From Planktothrix sp. GU0601_MAG3 (GTDB taxonomy: Bacteria > Cyanobacteriota > Cyanobacteriia > Cyanobacteriales > Microcoleaceae), in contig CP136572.1 of the NCBI GenBank assembly GCA_035193785.1, forward strand, positions 2,996,578 to 3,060,577: a stretch of DNA of 64,000 nucleotides, in the 5' to 3' direction. Below, one piece after another: positions 23,202-35,467 of this stretch (its first letter is position 1; every line of letters starts with the position of its first letter). The notes beneath the pieces were generated by a model. That model made no database searches, was not told where the DNA came from, and saw only the letters and a program-made list of their open reading frames with translations. A program made the translations under genes and the position numbers.

Positions 23202-23391
23202 ACTTCGAGAAAAAGGCTATCAAGTCCTAGTTGAAAACTTAGGTCAAGTTGCTACCCTTCGCTTTCTACAAGAATTTGGCTGGGGACGAGGTGACTATAC
23301 AAAAGAGAGAGAAACTTCCATAAAACAGGTAACACGGGAAACATTTTGGCAAGATGTTGCTACCCTTCGTGCAAAGAAAAACAAGCAATAA
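23188..23391 (+). CDS. Small putative antitoxin partner of the PIN protein
   Basis: Overlaps the PIN stop; LGQVATLRFLQEFGWGRGDYTKER. Confidence 0.75.
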   Translation: MTSLELREKGYQVLVENLGQVATLRFLQEFGWGRGDYTKERETSIKQVTRETFWQDVATLRAKKNKQ

Positions 23392-23423
23392 ATGACAATA
23401 TCTTTTTGCTATTTGCTTGTCGC

Positions 23424-23552
23424 TCGTTTCAAGATTCTACCTTAAAACCCTAATCCTAGAGCGATCGCATTTATTGATATAAAAGAAGCGATCGCTCTCC
23501 ATTTTAAGTTACCGCGACTCCAACATTTCCTCAACTGTCAAGCCAATATCAA
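23424..23552. repeat. 129-bp imperfect direct repeat, copy 2
   Basis: Aligns to 21666-21794; carries only the last codons of a hicA. Confidence 0.9.
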
Positions 23553-23739
23553 ATGACTCACCATGGGGTCACAACAATTTTAGCCCAGCCTTAACTTTTA
23601 TTGTACACTTATAGCCGTCAGTAGTTCATGGCTTTTCGCCAGAAAGAGCCGACTATGGGGTGGGTTGACAAATATTATCTTAAAAGCCATCTCAAAAATA
23701 GAGTCAAACTTTAAAATTCACCAGAACAAATCGTTGTTT

Positions 23740-25127
23740 ATGTTTCCATTTATTCCTACATTTATTTTAGCAGAAGTAATTACCATTCCTCCCCCCAACA
23801 CGGGAAAACGATATATTACCCAAGGGCAGGAAATTCGGGTTTTACCAGGACAATTGAATGAAATTCCGGTATTTAATAGTAATAGTCCTGAAGTAGTTCA
23901 AGGGGAAGGAATTTTATTATCTACCTTTCCCCAAACAGCTAAAAAATTTCCAAACGCCCACCTGAATGTTCCCATTAGTGGACAGTTTGATTTTTTTTCC
24001 CATCATATTGCTCGTCCGATTAATAAACAACAAATCTTATATCAGGGCGTATTGGTTTATAACCCCAGTTTCTCGACCCGTGACCCTGAATATTCTGCAA
24101 GGGATTAGTTATGTAACCTCACCGGACGCACCCTTTATAGAACTACCATCTCTGGTAGAAGACCCCCAGGGTCGGGTATTTTCGGGGCCAGGGTCACGGA
24201 TGGCGGGGGATGTTTTGCGGGGAAGACATCAACGCAACTTTCCCGAACAAATCATAATTCCGCCCCAACAAACCCAGGTGTTGTTTAGTTTACCCATCCC
24301 AACGGCCAGCGCCCGTTCCACCCTACTCCGATTACAAAGTAATGGCCCTGTACACCTAGCCAATTTAGTGCGGTTTAACTCCCCAATTAATTCTCCGATG
24401 ATTCCCAGTATCCCACGGTTGTCTATATCTGGGTTTTTACCCCCACAAATCCCAGTTTTAGCCCCATGGCAGGATTTTTTAAATACGGGAAAACTGGCTG
24501 AACCCAGAGATGTGATCCCAACCTCGGGGGATAATGTCTACACGGGAGAAAAGGTTTATGGTCGCGTGGCGGGGGTGTCTGTAGGTTCCCAATGGACGGG
24601 GACAGTGGTAGACCGTCCGGGGATGAATTATTTAACCATTCCCGATCGGGGGTCGGCTTTTTCCTATCCTTTAAGTACGGTATCAACGGCAACATTAGGA
24701 ACCCAGCAGGTTCAAAGCGCACCCCTGTTAGCTCGTTATTCTGATACGGCTCTGCGTGCCCATGGTAATTATGGGGTGCGTTATAGCCTCACTTTACCCC
24801 TATATAATTCTACCCAACAATCCCAAACGGTGAGTTTATCAATTCAAACTCCCTTTAAACAAAATGTGGCATCTAATCGGTTAACCTTTATTGAACCCCC
24901 CCAGGGACAAATATTTTTTCGCGGGACGGTGCGACTAAGTTACGTTGATGATTTTGGACAAAACCAACAGCGTTATTTTCACCTAGTCCAACGCCAGGGA
25001 CAACGGGGGGAGGGGTTAGTCAGCTTAAATTTACCTGCGGGGGGTTTCCCGTGCTGTGGGAGTGGAGTTGATTTATCCCCCCGATGCGACTCCGCCCCAA
25101 GTATTAACGGTAAAAACTTTAGACTAG
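23740..25127 (+). CDS. DUF3370-family protein (+1 errors near 24068 and 25044)
   Basis: VFNSNSPE..EGILLSTFP, HGNYGV; repaired end YPPDATPPQVLTVKTLD matches the paralog at 52217. Confidence 0.85.
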
Positions 25128-25201
25128 GAGTGGAAACTGACCCTTATTTGGCTCTAAAATGAAGCACTATAATTAGGATATTTAATCCCGAGGAAAAAAT
25201 A

Positions 25202-26131
25202 ATGACTCAAAAATATAGATTGGTTACCCGTAGCGATTTTGATGGTTTAGTCTGTGCGGTGCTTTTAAAAGATTTGGAGATGATTGATGAAATTAAATTT
25301 GTCCATCCTAAAGATATGCAGGATGGCAAAATAGAAATTAATAATCAGGATATTACCACGAATTTACCCTATGTTGAGGGGGTTCATCTTGCCTTTGATC
25401 ATCATTTTAGTGAAACCCTTCGCAACCCTTCTATTGATCAAAATTATATTATTGATCCCAAGGCGGCTTCGGCGGCTAGGGTTTTATATAATTACTATGG
25501 CGGAAAGGCTAAATTTCCTAATATTTCTGAGGAAATGATGGAGGCGGTGGATAAGGCAGATTCCGCCCAATTTAATCGGGAAGAAGTGTTAAATCCTGAA
25601 GGCTGGGTGTTATTAAACTTTCTGATGGATGCTCGAACTGGATTGGGAAGATTTCGAGATTTTCGGATTTCTAATTATCAACTGATGATGGAGTTAATTG
25701 ATTATTGCAAAAACCATCCGATTGCTGATATTTTACAGCTTCCTGATGTTAAGGAGCGAGTAGAAATTTATTTTGAACATGAAGAAAATTTTAAAGAACA
25801 ACTGAAACGCTGTTCCCAAGTGCATCAAAACTTAGTGATTTTAGATTTACGTTTTGAAGATATTATTTATGCGGGAAATCGGTTTATGATTTACGCTTTG
25901 TTCCCGGAATGTAATATTTCTATCCATGTTTTATGGGGAGTTAAACAACAAAATACGGTGTTTGCTGTAGGGAAATCTATTTTTCAGAAAACCTCTAAAA
26001 CTAATATTGGAGAATTGATGTTAAAGTATGGGGGTGGGGGTCATGAAAATGCTGGAACTTGCCAAATTGATAATGATCAGGCTCCGCACATTTTAGAGGA
26101 ATTAATTGCTCGCATTAATCAGGACGGTTAA
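25202..26131 (+). CDS. DHH-family phosphoesterase (exopolyphosphatase-like)
   Basis: RSDFDG, FDHH, GGGGHENAG. Confidence 0.88.
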   Translation: MTQKYRLVTRSDFDGLVCAVLLKDLEMIDEIKFVHPKDMQDGKIEINNQDITTNLPYVEGVHLAFDHHFSETLRNPSIDQNYIIDPKAASAARVLYNYYGGKAKFPNISEEMMEAVDKADSAQFNREEVLNPEGWVLLNFLMDARTGLGRFRDFRISNYQLMMELIDYCKNHPIADILQLPDVKERVEIYFEHEENFKEQLKRCSQVHQNLVILDLRFEDIIYAGNRFMIYALFPECNISIHVLWGVKQQNTVFAVGKSIFQKTSKTNIGELMLKYGGGGHENAGTCQIDNDQAPHILEELIARINQDG

Positions 26132-26193
26132 GTTTAATAGTCTGGTTTCTAGGGATGTTTCATGTTTTAGAATTATTGCCTCGTTTCCGGCTA

Positions 26194-26286
26194 TATAGCA
26201 ATGGACATGGTGATTAGGACAAAATATCAGTCTGTCATTTGGTGCGAAAGCACCGAATCCATGTCCTGAGCGTGGCGAATGCTATA
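26194..26286. mobile_element. Putative ~93-bp MITE with TATAGCA...TGCTATA termini
   Basis: Terminal IR, subterminal AGGACA/TGTCCT IR, internal GGTGC-GAAA-GCACC hairpin; similar single ends near 18758 and 46501. Confidence 0.55.
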
Positions 26287-26347
26287 ACTTTTAAAACATG
26301 GTAGCTATCCCCATTAATAGGATTAAAAATAAGATAGCAAATCATTC

Positions 26348-29106
26348 ATGGCTAAATTCAATAAAATTCAACGTCTTTTTTTGTTAGGGTTGATCTCATG
26401 TTTTGCAATGGTAATTTTGCAACTCTCTAAGGTTGATGCTCAAGGGGTTTCCATCTCTGATGTTAGAGGAAATCTAGTGGCTCAAAAAGTTACCCAACAA
26501 TCTTTTGAGGAGCTAATTGAAGGTAGTCAAAAATTAGAGGGTTTATTCACAATTTATCAAAATAAAGAATCGGGAAAGGTTTATTTAGAATTAACACCTG
26601 AACAGTTAAATCAAGATTTTCTGTGTTTTGTGACTTTAGAATCGGGTATCGGAGAAGCCGGTATTGTCAGTGGATATGCTCTTAGAGATATTTTATTTCA
26701 ATTCCGTTATTTACAGAATAATATTCAATTTGTTGTTCCTAATATTAATTTTCGTACTCAAGAAAATGATCCTCAAATTTCGTCTATCAATCGTTTCTTT
26801 CAGTGAATCAGTTTTAAAAACCTTGCCAATTTTAAGTGTTCATCCTGAAAACAAAAATATATTAATTGAAATTGGTGATTTATTCAATGGGGAAAGTGAT
26901 TTACCCGGATTAATGATCCAATTCTCAGACCTGTTAACAAATAATTATGCTATTGATTCGAGTAAATCCTATATTTCTGAAATTCAATCTTTCCCTGAAA
27001 ATGTCGAAATTGAATCCCTATTTGGATTTTCTATTGGACAATCTGGAGACCCACAATATATTCCTTCTTTACCCGATAACCGCAGCTTTAATTTAAAAGT
27101 TCGTTATAGTTTATTAGCAGTTCCATATAATAATAGTTATGTTCCTCGGTTAGCAGATGAACGAGTTGGGTATTTTACAACCACCTATAAAGATTTATCA
27201 AAACGGGATGAAAGATCATCGGCTGTTCGTTATATTAATCGCTGGAATTTAGAAAAACAAGATCCCAATGCTGATTTTTCTCCTCCGATTAAACCGATTA
27301 CATTTTGGATTGAAAATACCGTCCCTTTAGAATATCGGGAGACAATTCGAGAGGGAATTTTATTCTGGAATAAAGCCTTTGAACAAGCCGGATTTATTAA
27401 TGCTGTTCAAGTCGAACAAATGCCCGATAATGCCGATTGGAACCCCGCAGATGTTCGTTATAATACCATTCGCTGGTCTACTTCCTTTGATATTGACTTT
27501 AGCGGTTATGGCCCCTCCCATACTAACCCCCTAACCGGGGAAATTTTAGATGCAGATATTATCATAGAAAGTGATGCTATCCGAGGTTTATCCGATGAAA
27601 TAGATGTATTATTAGGAGAAAATTTATCAACGATGGGGGAGGAAAATAATCTGTCAAATTCACGATTAAAAACAGAAAATCAACCTTGTCCGAGGGGATT
27701 ATCCGCCTATTCTATTGCCAATCAATCGGAAGCCCAAAAAAACAAAAAATCCCGGGCTAATTTTAACCATGAATTATGCTTTTATCGAGGTTCTAAGCGA
27801 CAATTTAACACGGGAATAATAGCCTTATCCCTGTTGGGAAATGTGATGCCCAATAGCCCTAAAATGGAAGTCTATATCAAGCAATATTTACGTTTTTTAA
27901 TCGCCCATGAAGTCGGACATACCTTGGGATTAAGACATAATTTTCAAGGCAGTACCATGCTATCTCCAGAGGAATTAAATAATACTGAAATTACCCAAGA
28001 AAAAGGATTAGTGAGTTCAGTGATGGATTATGTTCCAGTTAATTTAGCCCCCCCAGGAACAACCCAGGGAGATTATTTTTCTACCCGAGTTGGGCCCTAT
28101 GATCAGTGGGCAATTGAATATGGTTATCGACCCATTGCGAGTAGAACTCCACAGGGAGAATGGCAAAGATTACAAGAGATTGCCAAACGATCAATTCAAC
28201 CGGAATTAGCCTATGCAACGGATGAAGATTTGGAATCTTTTCTTGACCCAGCAATTAATGAGGAAGATTTAAGTAATAATATGTTGCAATATTCTCAATG
28301 GCAATTTGACAATGCAATTGAGATGTGGAAACAGTTAGAAAAATATACCCCTCGCCAGGGAGAAGATTATAATAAAATTCGGAAAATGTTCAATACAATT
28401 TTTAACTATTATTTTATGCAAGCCAATCGTTTAAGCCTTTACATTGGCGGACAATCTTTTACTCGAAACCCGGGCTGGAGATAGAAATGGTCGTTTACCT
28501 TTGGAACCGATTTCGATTGAAAAACAAAGAAATGCTTTAAAACTCTTAGAAACCTATATTTTTAACGATAAAGCATTTAATTTTTCTCCCGATTTATTGA
28601 ACAAATTAGCTCCGTCTCGCTGGTTAGATTGGGCAAATCCCGATCACAATAGTCAGTTAGATTATCCCGTTACTAGCTTAATTAGTCTGCTTCATCTTTA
28701 TGTTTTACAAGAGTTATTTGATCCGATAAGGTTATTTCGGTTACGAGATTTAGAATTAAAAACCACGGCGAATAATGCGTTAACCATACCGGAATTATTT
28801 GAAACTATTCAGAATGGAATCTGGACGGAAATCTTAGCTAATAATGGAGAAATTGAGATTTCTAGTATTCGGCGTTCTTTACAACGGCAACATTTAGACA
28901 TTTTAAGTAAGATGGTATTGCGGAAAATATTTGTTCCTGAAGATGCAGAAACCGTGGCTTGGTATCAGCTTAAACAGTTAAATAATCAGTTGGAAATAGC
29001 CTTAAAACGCAGCAAGAATAAAATGAATGCTTACACCTTAGCCCATTTAGAACAAACTCAGAATCGGATGCAAAAAATATTAGAATCACAGGTGCAATCT
29101 AATTAA
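26348..29106 (+). CDS. Secreted zinc-dependent metalloprotease, DUF5117/DUF4953 type (+1 errors at 26793, 28465)
   Basis: Signal peptide, PRLADERVGYF, HEVGHTLGLRH, SSVMDY Met-turn. Confidence 0.88.
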
Positions 29107-29133
29107 CTTTACATTAAATTAAAAGGTAATCCA

Positions 29134-31795
29134 GTGTCAGAAAATCCCCCATCAAATCAGCCTCTATCTATTCCTGAACTCCAAAGTTTGGGACATAATT
29201 ATTTGGGTCAAAAACATTTTTTAAAATCCATCTCAGTTTATGAACAGTGTATTTTAGAGTCCCCTGATATTATTGCTAACTATTGGTATTTAGGATTATC
29301 TTGGTTATTACAGGGAGATGTATTACAGGCGCAAACAATATGGTTTTCTGCTTTGGCTGAATCTAATTTAGCAACAACTGAAATTACTGAATTAGTTGAT
29401 TTTTTAAAAGGTAAAGCAAGGGACTATTTATCCTGTAACTCTTTGGAATTTGCCCAACTCATTTATGAAGCAATTTTAGACTGGTGTGAAACTGATATTG
29501 AGGTTTATGACAATCTAGGTCATACGATGGCACTTCAAGGGGATTTGGAAGCAGCTATTGGGATTTGGCAAAGGGGGATTGAGTTACAACCAAATTCTAT
29601 CCAAATGTATCTCAATCAAGGAAATATTTTTCAAAAATTAGAACAATTTGAAGCGGCAATTAAATGTTATCAAGTAGTGATTCAACATTCCCCAAATTAT
29701 TTAATTTATTACCAATTAGGACTCTGTTTAACTCAAATTAAACAATGGGAATCTGCGATTCATGCCTTTGAAAATGCGATTCAACTTCAACCGGATTATG
29801 CACCCGCTTATAGTGATTTAGGGATTAGTTTAATCCTGGGGGGATTTTTAGAAAAAGGCATTGATTTTCTCCGACAAGGAATCCAAGAACAGCCTCAATT
29901 TTATCGGGCTTTAACGGGGAATAAAACCCGGTCAACTCGTAATATAAATTCCTTAGCAATTAATTTTTTAAACTTATTATTATCTCCCCTAACACCCCCA
30001 ATAGAGTTATATCTTGGCTTGAGCCAAATGTTATCTAGTTTTCATCCAGATTCAGCTTTAGCTATACTGCAAAAAGCCCAGGATATCGCCCCCAATAATT
30101 TTCAAATTTATTTAAACTTTGGAGATATATTTTATAATTATAAACAGGATTATTTGGAAGCCCTTCAGTTTTATCTAGGAGCTAATTTATCGGGTTCTTT
30201 GTCTGTAATAGATGATATTATTTCTTTGAAAAAAAAACAATCTTGTTATTATTTTGCTTTGGGAAAATGTCGATTAAAACTAGGCTTTTATCAACAGGCG
30301 ATCGCTGATTTTAAAAAGGTTATTGATTTTAATTATAATCTAGTTGAGGCTTATTATGGTTTGGGTCAGGCTCTATTTCAGATGGGAAAAATTGATCAAG
30401 CCATTGATAGTTTAAAACAATGTCTAAAATTTGATCCTACATCAGCTTTGTATTCAGGATATTTAGGGTTTTTATTAATTTATAATAGCCAGATTGAAGC
30501 CGGATTATTTTATTTTAAAAAAGCTATAATTTATGAATCTTCTGTTGCTAGTTGGATCGACAGTTTATTAAACAATTTATCGGAATCAGGAAAATTAAAT
30601 ACTTCTGTTGATATCTCGGAAATTAAACCGATTAATCCTCCGATTCAATTTGATCAATCAACGGAAGATTGGCTCAAATCCCACCCAGCAATTCAACATA
30701 ATTATCAACAAATTTATCCCGAAACTATTGTTAACCTAAATCCCCCAAAATCCGGGGATAATTCTCTCCATTTTAGTTTTAGATTTGGTCAACAGATAGA
30801 AACTTCCTGCTGCTTTTGTCGTCAAAATTCCCCAAGGGCGATTTTGGTTAAGCTCCGATCAAACTCAATCGGCTATTTTAACCCAAGAACAACATTTTTT
30901 AGGGGATCTTTCCCCAGAATTTCCTTTATTAAGTCCAGGTCATCCTGACAAAAATCCGAGTCAGCATTCTATTTTATCCCTTAATAAATTACCACCAATT
31001 CATTTGATCAACGGGACTGTTGCTATTTTAGCCGGACTTTCAAATTCCGTTTATTTTCACTGGATGTTAGATGTTTTGCCGCGAATTGAATTATTGAAAA
31101 AAAGCAGGATTAATTGGCATGAGATTGATTATTTTATTGTTGATAATCGTTTGCCTTTTCAACAAGAGACTTTAGAGAAATTACAAATTCCCCAAAACAA
31201 ACAAATTAATATTAATGAATTCCATCATCTCCAAGCCCAAGATTTAATTGTACCTTCTTTCCCGGGTTGTCCGGCTTGGATGCCCCCCTGGACTTGTGAT
31301 TTTTTAAAACAACATTTTTTGCATCCTGATGCTATTGCAAATATCCCTAATATTAAACGAATTTATATTACTAGAAATGCCGCAAAAAGCCGTAGAATTT
31401 TAAATGAGAATGAATTATTAACGGTTATACAACCCTTGGGATTCCACTGTATTCAATTAGAATCAATGTCTGTGGTAGAACAAGCGGCGTTATTTTCCCA
31501 GGCTGAAATCATTATTTCACCCCACGGGAGTGGGTTAACTAATCTTGTCTTTTGTCAACCTAATACTAAAGTAGTCGAGCTATTTTCTCCAAATTATGTC
31601 TATCATTGCTATTGGTGGATTAGTAATTTAGTCCCATTAGATTACTATTATTATATTGGGGAAACCTTCCCGGGTTACCATCTACATCGTTTTGTTTATC
31701 CTCAATCTTTTTCTGAAGATATTTTGGTCAATATTCAAGAATTTTTAAATCTGCTAGTAGGATCGCCGAATGGGTTAAAGTTAAGGATAAATTAA
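29134..31795 (+). CDS. TPR-repeat protein with C-terminal GT61/DUF563 glycosyltransferase domain (+1 error at 30799)
   Basis: Multiple TPRs; YFHWMLDVLPR, RIYITR, PHGSGLTN. Confidence 0.87.
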
Positions 31796-31997
31796 TATTT
31801 AAAAGCCAGCCATCAGAAGCCAATCTTAAATTAAACAAAAATTTTGCCCGATCAAGGGCTATCAACGGTAAAAATTATAAATTAACTCAATTCCATAATT
31901 GGCAAATATCTCTTGCCGACTCAGGTTGGGTAAACGTGCTACCTTAATCCCTAGAGTCCACCAGAAAGATAATCTCGCTGTCGCAAAAGGAACATAA

Positions 31998-33528
31998 ATG
32001 GTAACACTGATTGAAAATCCCTTGCGGGTGGGGCTGCAACAAGATCGAATTCCCGAAACCCCAGATTTTAATAATTTTTGGTGCATCGGGAGACTTAACC
32101 CAGAGGAAATTAGTCCCAGCCCTCTATCAGATGAAATTAGAGCGCAAACTCCCGCCAGAAATAACCATTGTCGGGGTGGCTCGTCGAGAGTGGAGCCACG
32201 AATTTTTCCGCGAACACCTACGGGAAGGGGTGGCAGAATTTGGGGGCGGTTTATCTTCCCAAGCCCTTTGGGATGACTTCGCCCAGGGGATTTTTTATTG
32301 TTCGGGGAATATGGATGAACCCGAAAGTTACCAAAAACTCAAAGCCTTTTTAGGGGAAATCGACGAACTGCGTCACACCAGGGGAAACCGAGTCTTTTAT
32401 TTATCCGTAGCCCCACGTTTTTTTGCAGAAGCTATCCAACAATTGGGTGGAGCCGGAATGCTCTCCGACCCGAAAAAACAGCGTTTAGTCATTGAAAAAC
32501 CCTTTGGTCGGGATTTGGGTTCGGCCCAAATTCTCAACCGGGTGGTGCGTCAAGTTTGTTCGGAAGAACAGGTCTATCGGATTGACCATTATTTGGGGAA
32601 AGAAACCGTCCAAAACCTCATGGTGTTTCGGTTTGGCAATGCGATTTTTGAGCCAATGTGGAACCGTCAATTTGTCGATCACGTCCAAATTACCGTGGCG
32701 GAAACCGTCGGTTTAGAAGGACGGGCGGGCTATTATGAAACCTCCGGGGCACTGCGGGATATGGTACAAAACCATTTGATGCAGTTATTTTCCCTGACGG
32801 CGATGGAACCCCCCAACTCCCTGGACGCCGATAGCATTCGCAACGAAAAAGTTAAGGTGGTGCAAGCAACCCACCTGGCTGATACTAATTTTTTAGAATA
32901 TTCTGCGGTACGGGGACAATATACCCCCGGTTGGATGAATGGCCTACAGGTTCCCGGGTATCGCTCAGAAGATGGAGCCGCCCTGGAGTCCACCACCCCA
33001 ACCTATGCCGCGTTAAAATTTTATATTGATAACTGGCGATGGAAAGGCGTCCCATTCTATCTAAGAACTGGAAAACGAATGCCGAAAAAGGTTACGGAAA
33101 TTGCCATTCAATTTAAGGAAGTTCCGTTTTTGATGTTCCAGTCGGCGGCAAAACAGGCCAACCCGAACGTTTTGGTCTTGAGAATTCAACCAAATGAGGG
33201 AATTTCCATGCGCTTTGAGGTGAAAACCCCGGGAAATTCCCTGCGGACTCGTTCCGTTGATATGGATTTTCGTTATGATACGGCTTTTGGTAAAGCGAAT
33301 ACAGATGCCTATGCCCGTTTATTGGTTGACTGTATGTTAGGCGATCAAACTCTGTTTACCCGAGGGGATGAAGTCGAAGCCTCTTGGCAAGCGCTCACCC
33401 CGGTTTTAGAAGTTTGGGATGCTCCGGCCCCGGCTGAGTCTATTCCCTTCTATGAAGCCGGAACTTGGGGGCCAGTGGAATCGGAAATTCTGCTCAACCG
33501 AGATGGCCGCCGTTGGAGAAGACTTTAA
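31998..33528 (+). CDS. zwf: Glucose-6-phosphate dehydrogenase (+1 error at 32055)
   Basis: [17 protein letters not shown]; 509 aa after repair. Confidence 0.98.
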
Positions 33529-33534
33529 TCAGTC

Positions 33535-33797
33535 ATCAGTGTAGAGACGTGCCATGGCGCGTCTGTATTAGTTATCAGTGTAAGAATTATCAGTGTAAGA
33601 GTTAAGAGTTTGATCAACTGTTTCTCGATCATTTCTTTTCTTTACTGATAACTAATAACTGGTACGGGCGGGTTCTTTTAGCTCTTTGTGAATTACCGCG
33701 CATCTTGATGAACCCGCCCCTACAACTGATGACTAATGACTGATGACTAATAACGGATAACTAATACAGACGCGCCATGGCACGTCTCTACACTGAT
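33535..33797. repeat. REP doublet (perfect 42-bp inverted repeat) enclosing a second REP-type palindrome and STRR heptamers
   Basis: 33535-33576 is the reverse complement of 33756-33797; inner GTACGGGCGGGTTC...GAACCCGCCCCTAC at 33662-33723. Confidence 0.88.
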
Positions 33798-33812
33798 TAC
33801 TGATAACTGATT

Positions 33813-35142
33813 ATGACTACACCACTTGTTGCGTTACAAAAACCCAAAGATATTTCCCTCAGTCAAATCGAGGCTGAGTTAGGCAGTATTTGGCTGAGTC
33901 AGAATATGGGAAATGGGAAAACCACCGCCATTGCCACCCGGGCGGCTACCTTTAGTATGGTGGTTTATGAGCCCGAAGAATTTCAACAATTGTTAGGAGC
34001 TTTAGGGTTTTATCTCGACAGTATTGATGGAATTCATGGAACATCAACCCGGGATGCGATTAAAAAAGCTCAGAAAACTTATGGTTTACCGATTAACGGG
34101 CGAGTTGACCCCGGTACATTGCTAAAATTACGCGAAGAATTTGCCAAACTTCCCCCCGCAAATCAAGTTATTCCGAATCTGGATGGACGGGGATTTAGTA
34201 TTAGTGAAACCATTGCCGCTCAAAATCCCTGTCGGATTATTACTTTGTGTCCAATTTTAGGAGAGGATACCGGAGTCACAGCCCAGGTTTCCGCCTACTG
34301 CCCGATTCAGAAAAAAAGTGAGGAGGGGTTAGTCTGTTGTGAATATATTACCCTCAGAGGCACAAAAGCAGCCCTAGAACGGGTGGGAAATGTGGTTTCT
34401 TCCCTGATGATTCCCGATTTACCTAAGTTTGTTTGGTGGAAAGCCACACCTAACCCGGAGCAGGAATTGTTTAAACAATTAGCGGGTTGTTGTAATTGTG
34501 TGATTGTGGATTCCTCTTATTTTAGTGATCCAGAATCGGAATTGTTAAAAATGAACGATTTGATTGAACAGGAAACCTATATTGCTGACCTGAATTGGCA
34601 TCGACTTTCCCCTTGGCAAGAATTAACTGCCTCTGCCTTTGACCCCCCAGAACGCAGAGCTTCCTTGGTCGAAATTGATAATATCACCATTGACTACGAA
34701 AAAGGCAATGCGGCTCAGGCCTTAATGTTCTTGGGGTGGTTTGCAAGTCGTTTAGAATGGAAACCCGTTTCTTTTGTCGCTCAAGGTGGGGATTATGATT
34801 TAAAACATATTGAGTTTATTGGGCCGAATAATAAAAAAATCATGGCGGAAACTGGCCGCAATTCCCACGGCGGATTATGGTGAAATTCCTGGGGATTTAG
34901 TGGGGTTACGGTTAACTTCTAGTAATCCTAGCGCCAACTGCTGCACGATTTTATGTTCGGAAACCACCGGATGTATGCGGATGGAAGCCGGAGGAAGTGC
35001 CCAATCTTGTCGGACTGAACAAGTGACCGCCGCCACGGATCAAAAAGCGGAATCCCTGATGGCTCAACAGTTACAGCGTTGGGGACGGGATGTTCTCTAT
35101 GAGGAAAGTCTGGATCTAACGGCTAAAATTCTGAAGTTATAA
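33813..35142 (+). CDS. opcA: G6PDH assembly/activator protein OpcA (+1 error at 34848)
   Basis: Follows zwf; PG-binding-like insert, NPCRII, DLPKFVWW, DLNWHRLSPWQ. Confidence 0.95.
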
Positions 35143-35183
35143 TCAGTTTAGATTAATTTCAATTGAGAATAGCCCCCTTTGTT

Positions 35184-35207
35184 GCACCCCATCATGGGGT
35201 GTTTTTT
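35184..35207 (+). terminator. Terminator after opcA
   Basis: GCACCCC-ATCAT-GGGGTGT followed by T run. Confidence 0.75.
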
Positions 35208-35467
35208 GTTAAGTCCGCCATTAGTTGTGATGGGTGTCATTGTCAAATCGTGATCAATCACCGTAAAATATAATCTAAATAGTTCCGTATAAGTTTAGAT
35301 ACTCAACAGGTTGGGGGTATTGTATCTTTTGTTTCCCTTTGGGAAGCATTCAAAATAAATCCGTTGATCAACGGTTATGAACATTTATCATTACGTTGAG
35401 TTGAGATAGTAATTTGCTTTTTGCTGGAACAATTTCGATTGATCCATAAATCATAATCCCATTCAAT

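Noticed and set aside
14576..23600. Prophage or integrative element at tRNA-Leu
   Set aside because: No integrase, no phage genes and no duplicated tRNA 3' end seen; psbA lies within the patch.
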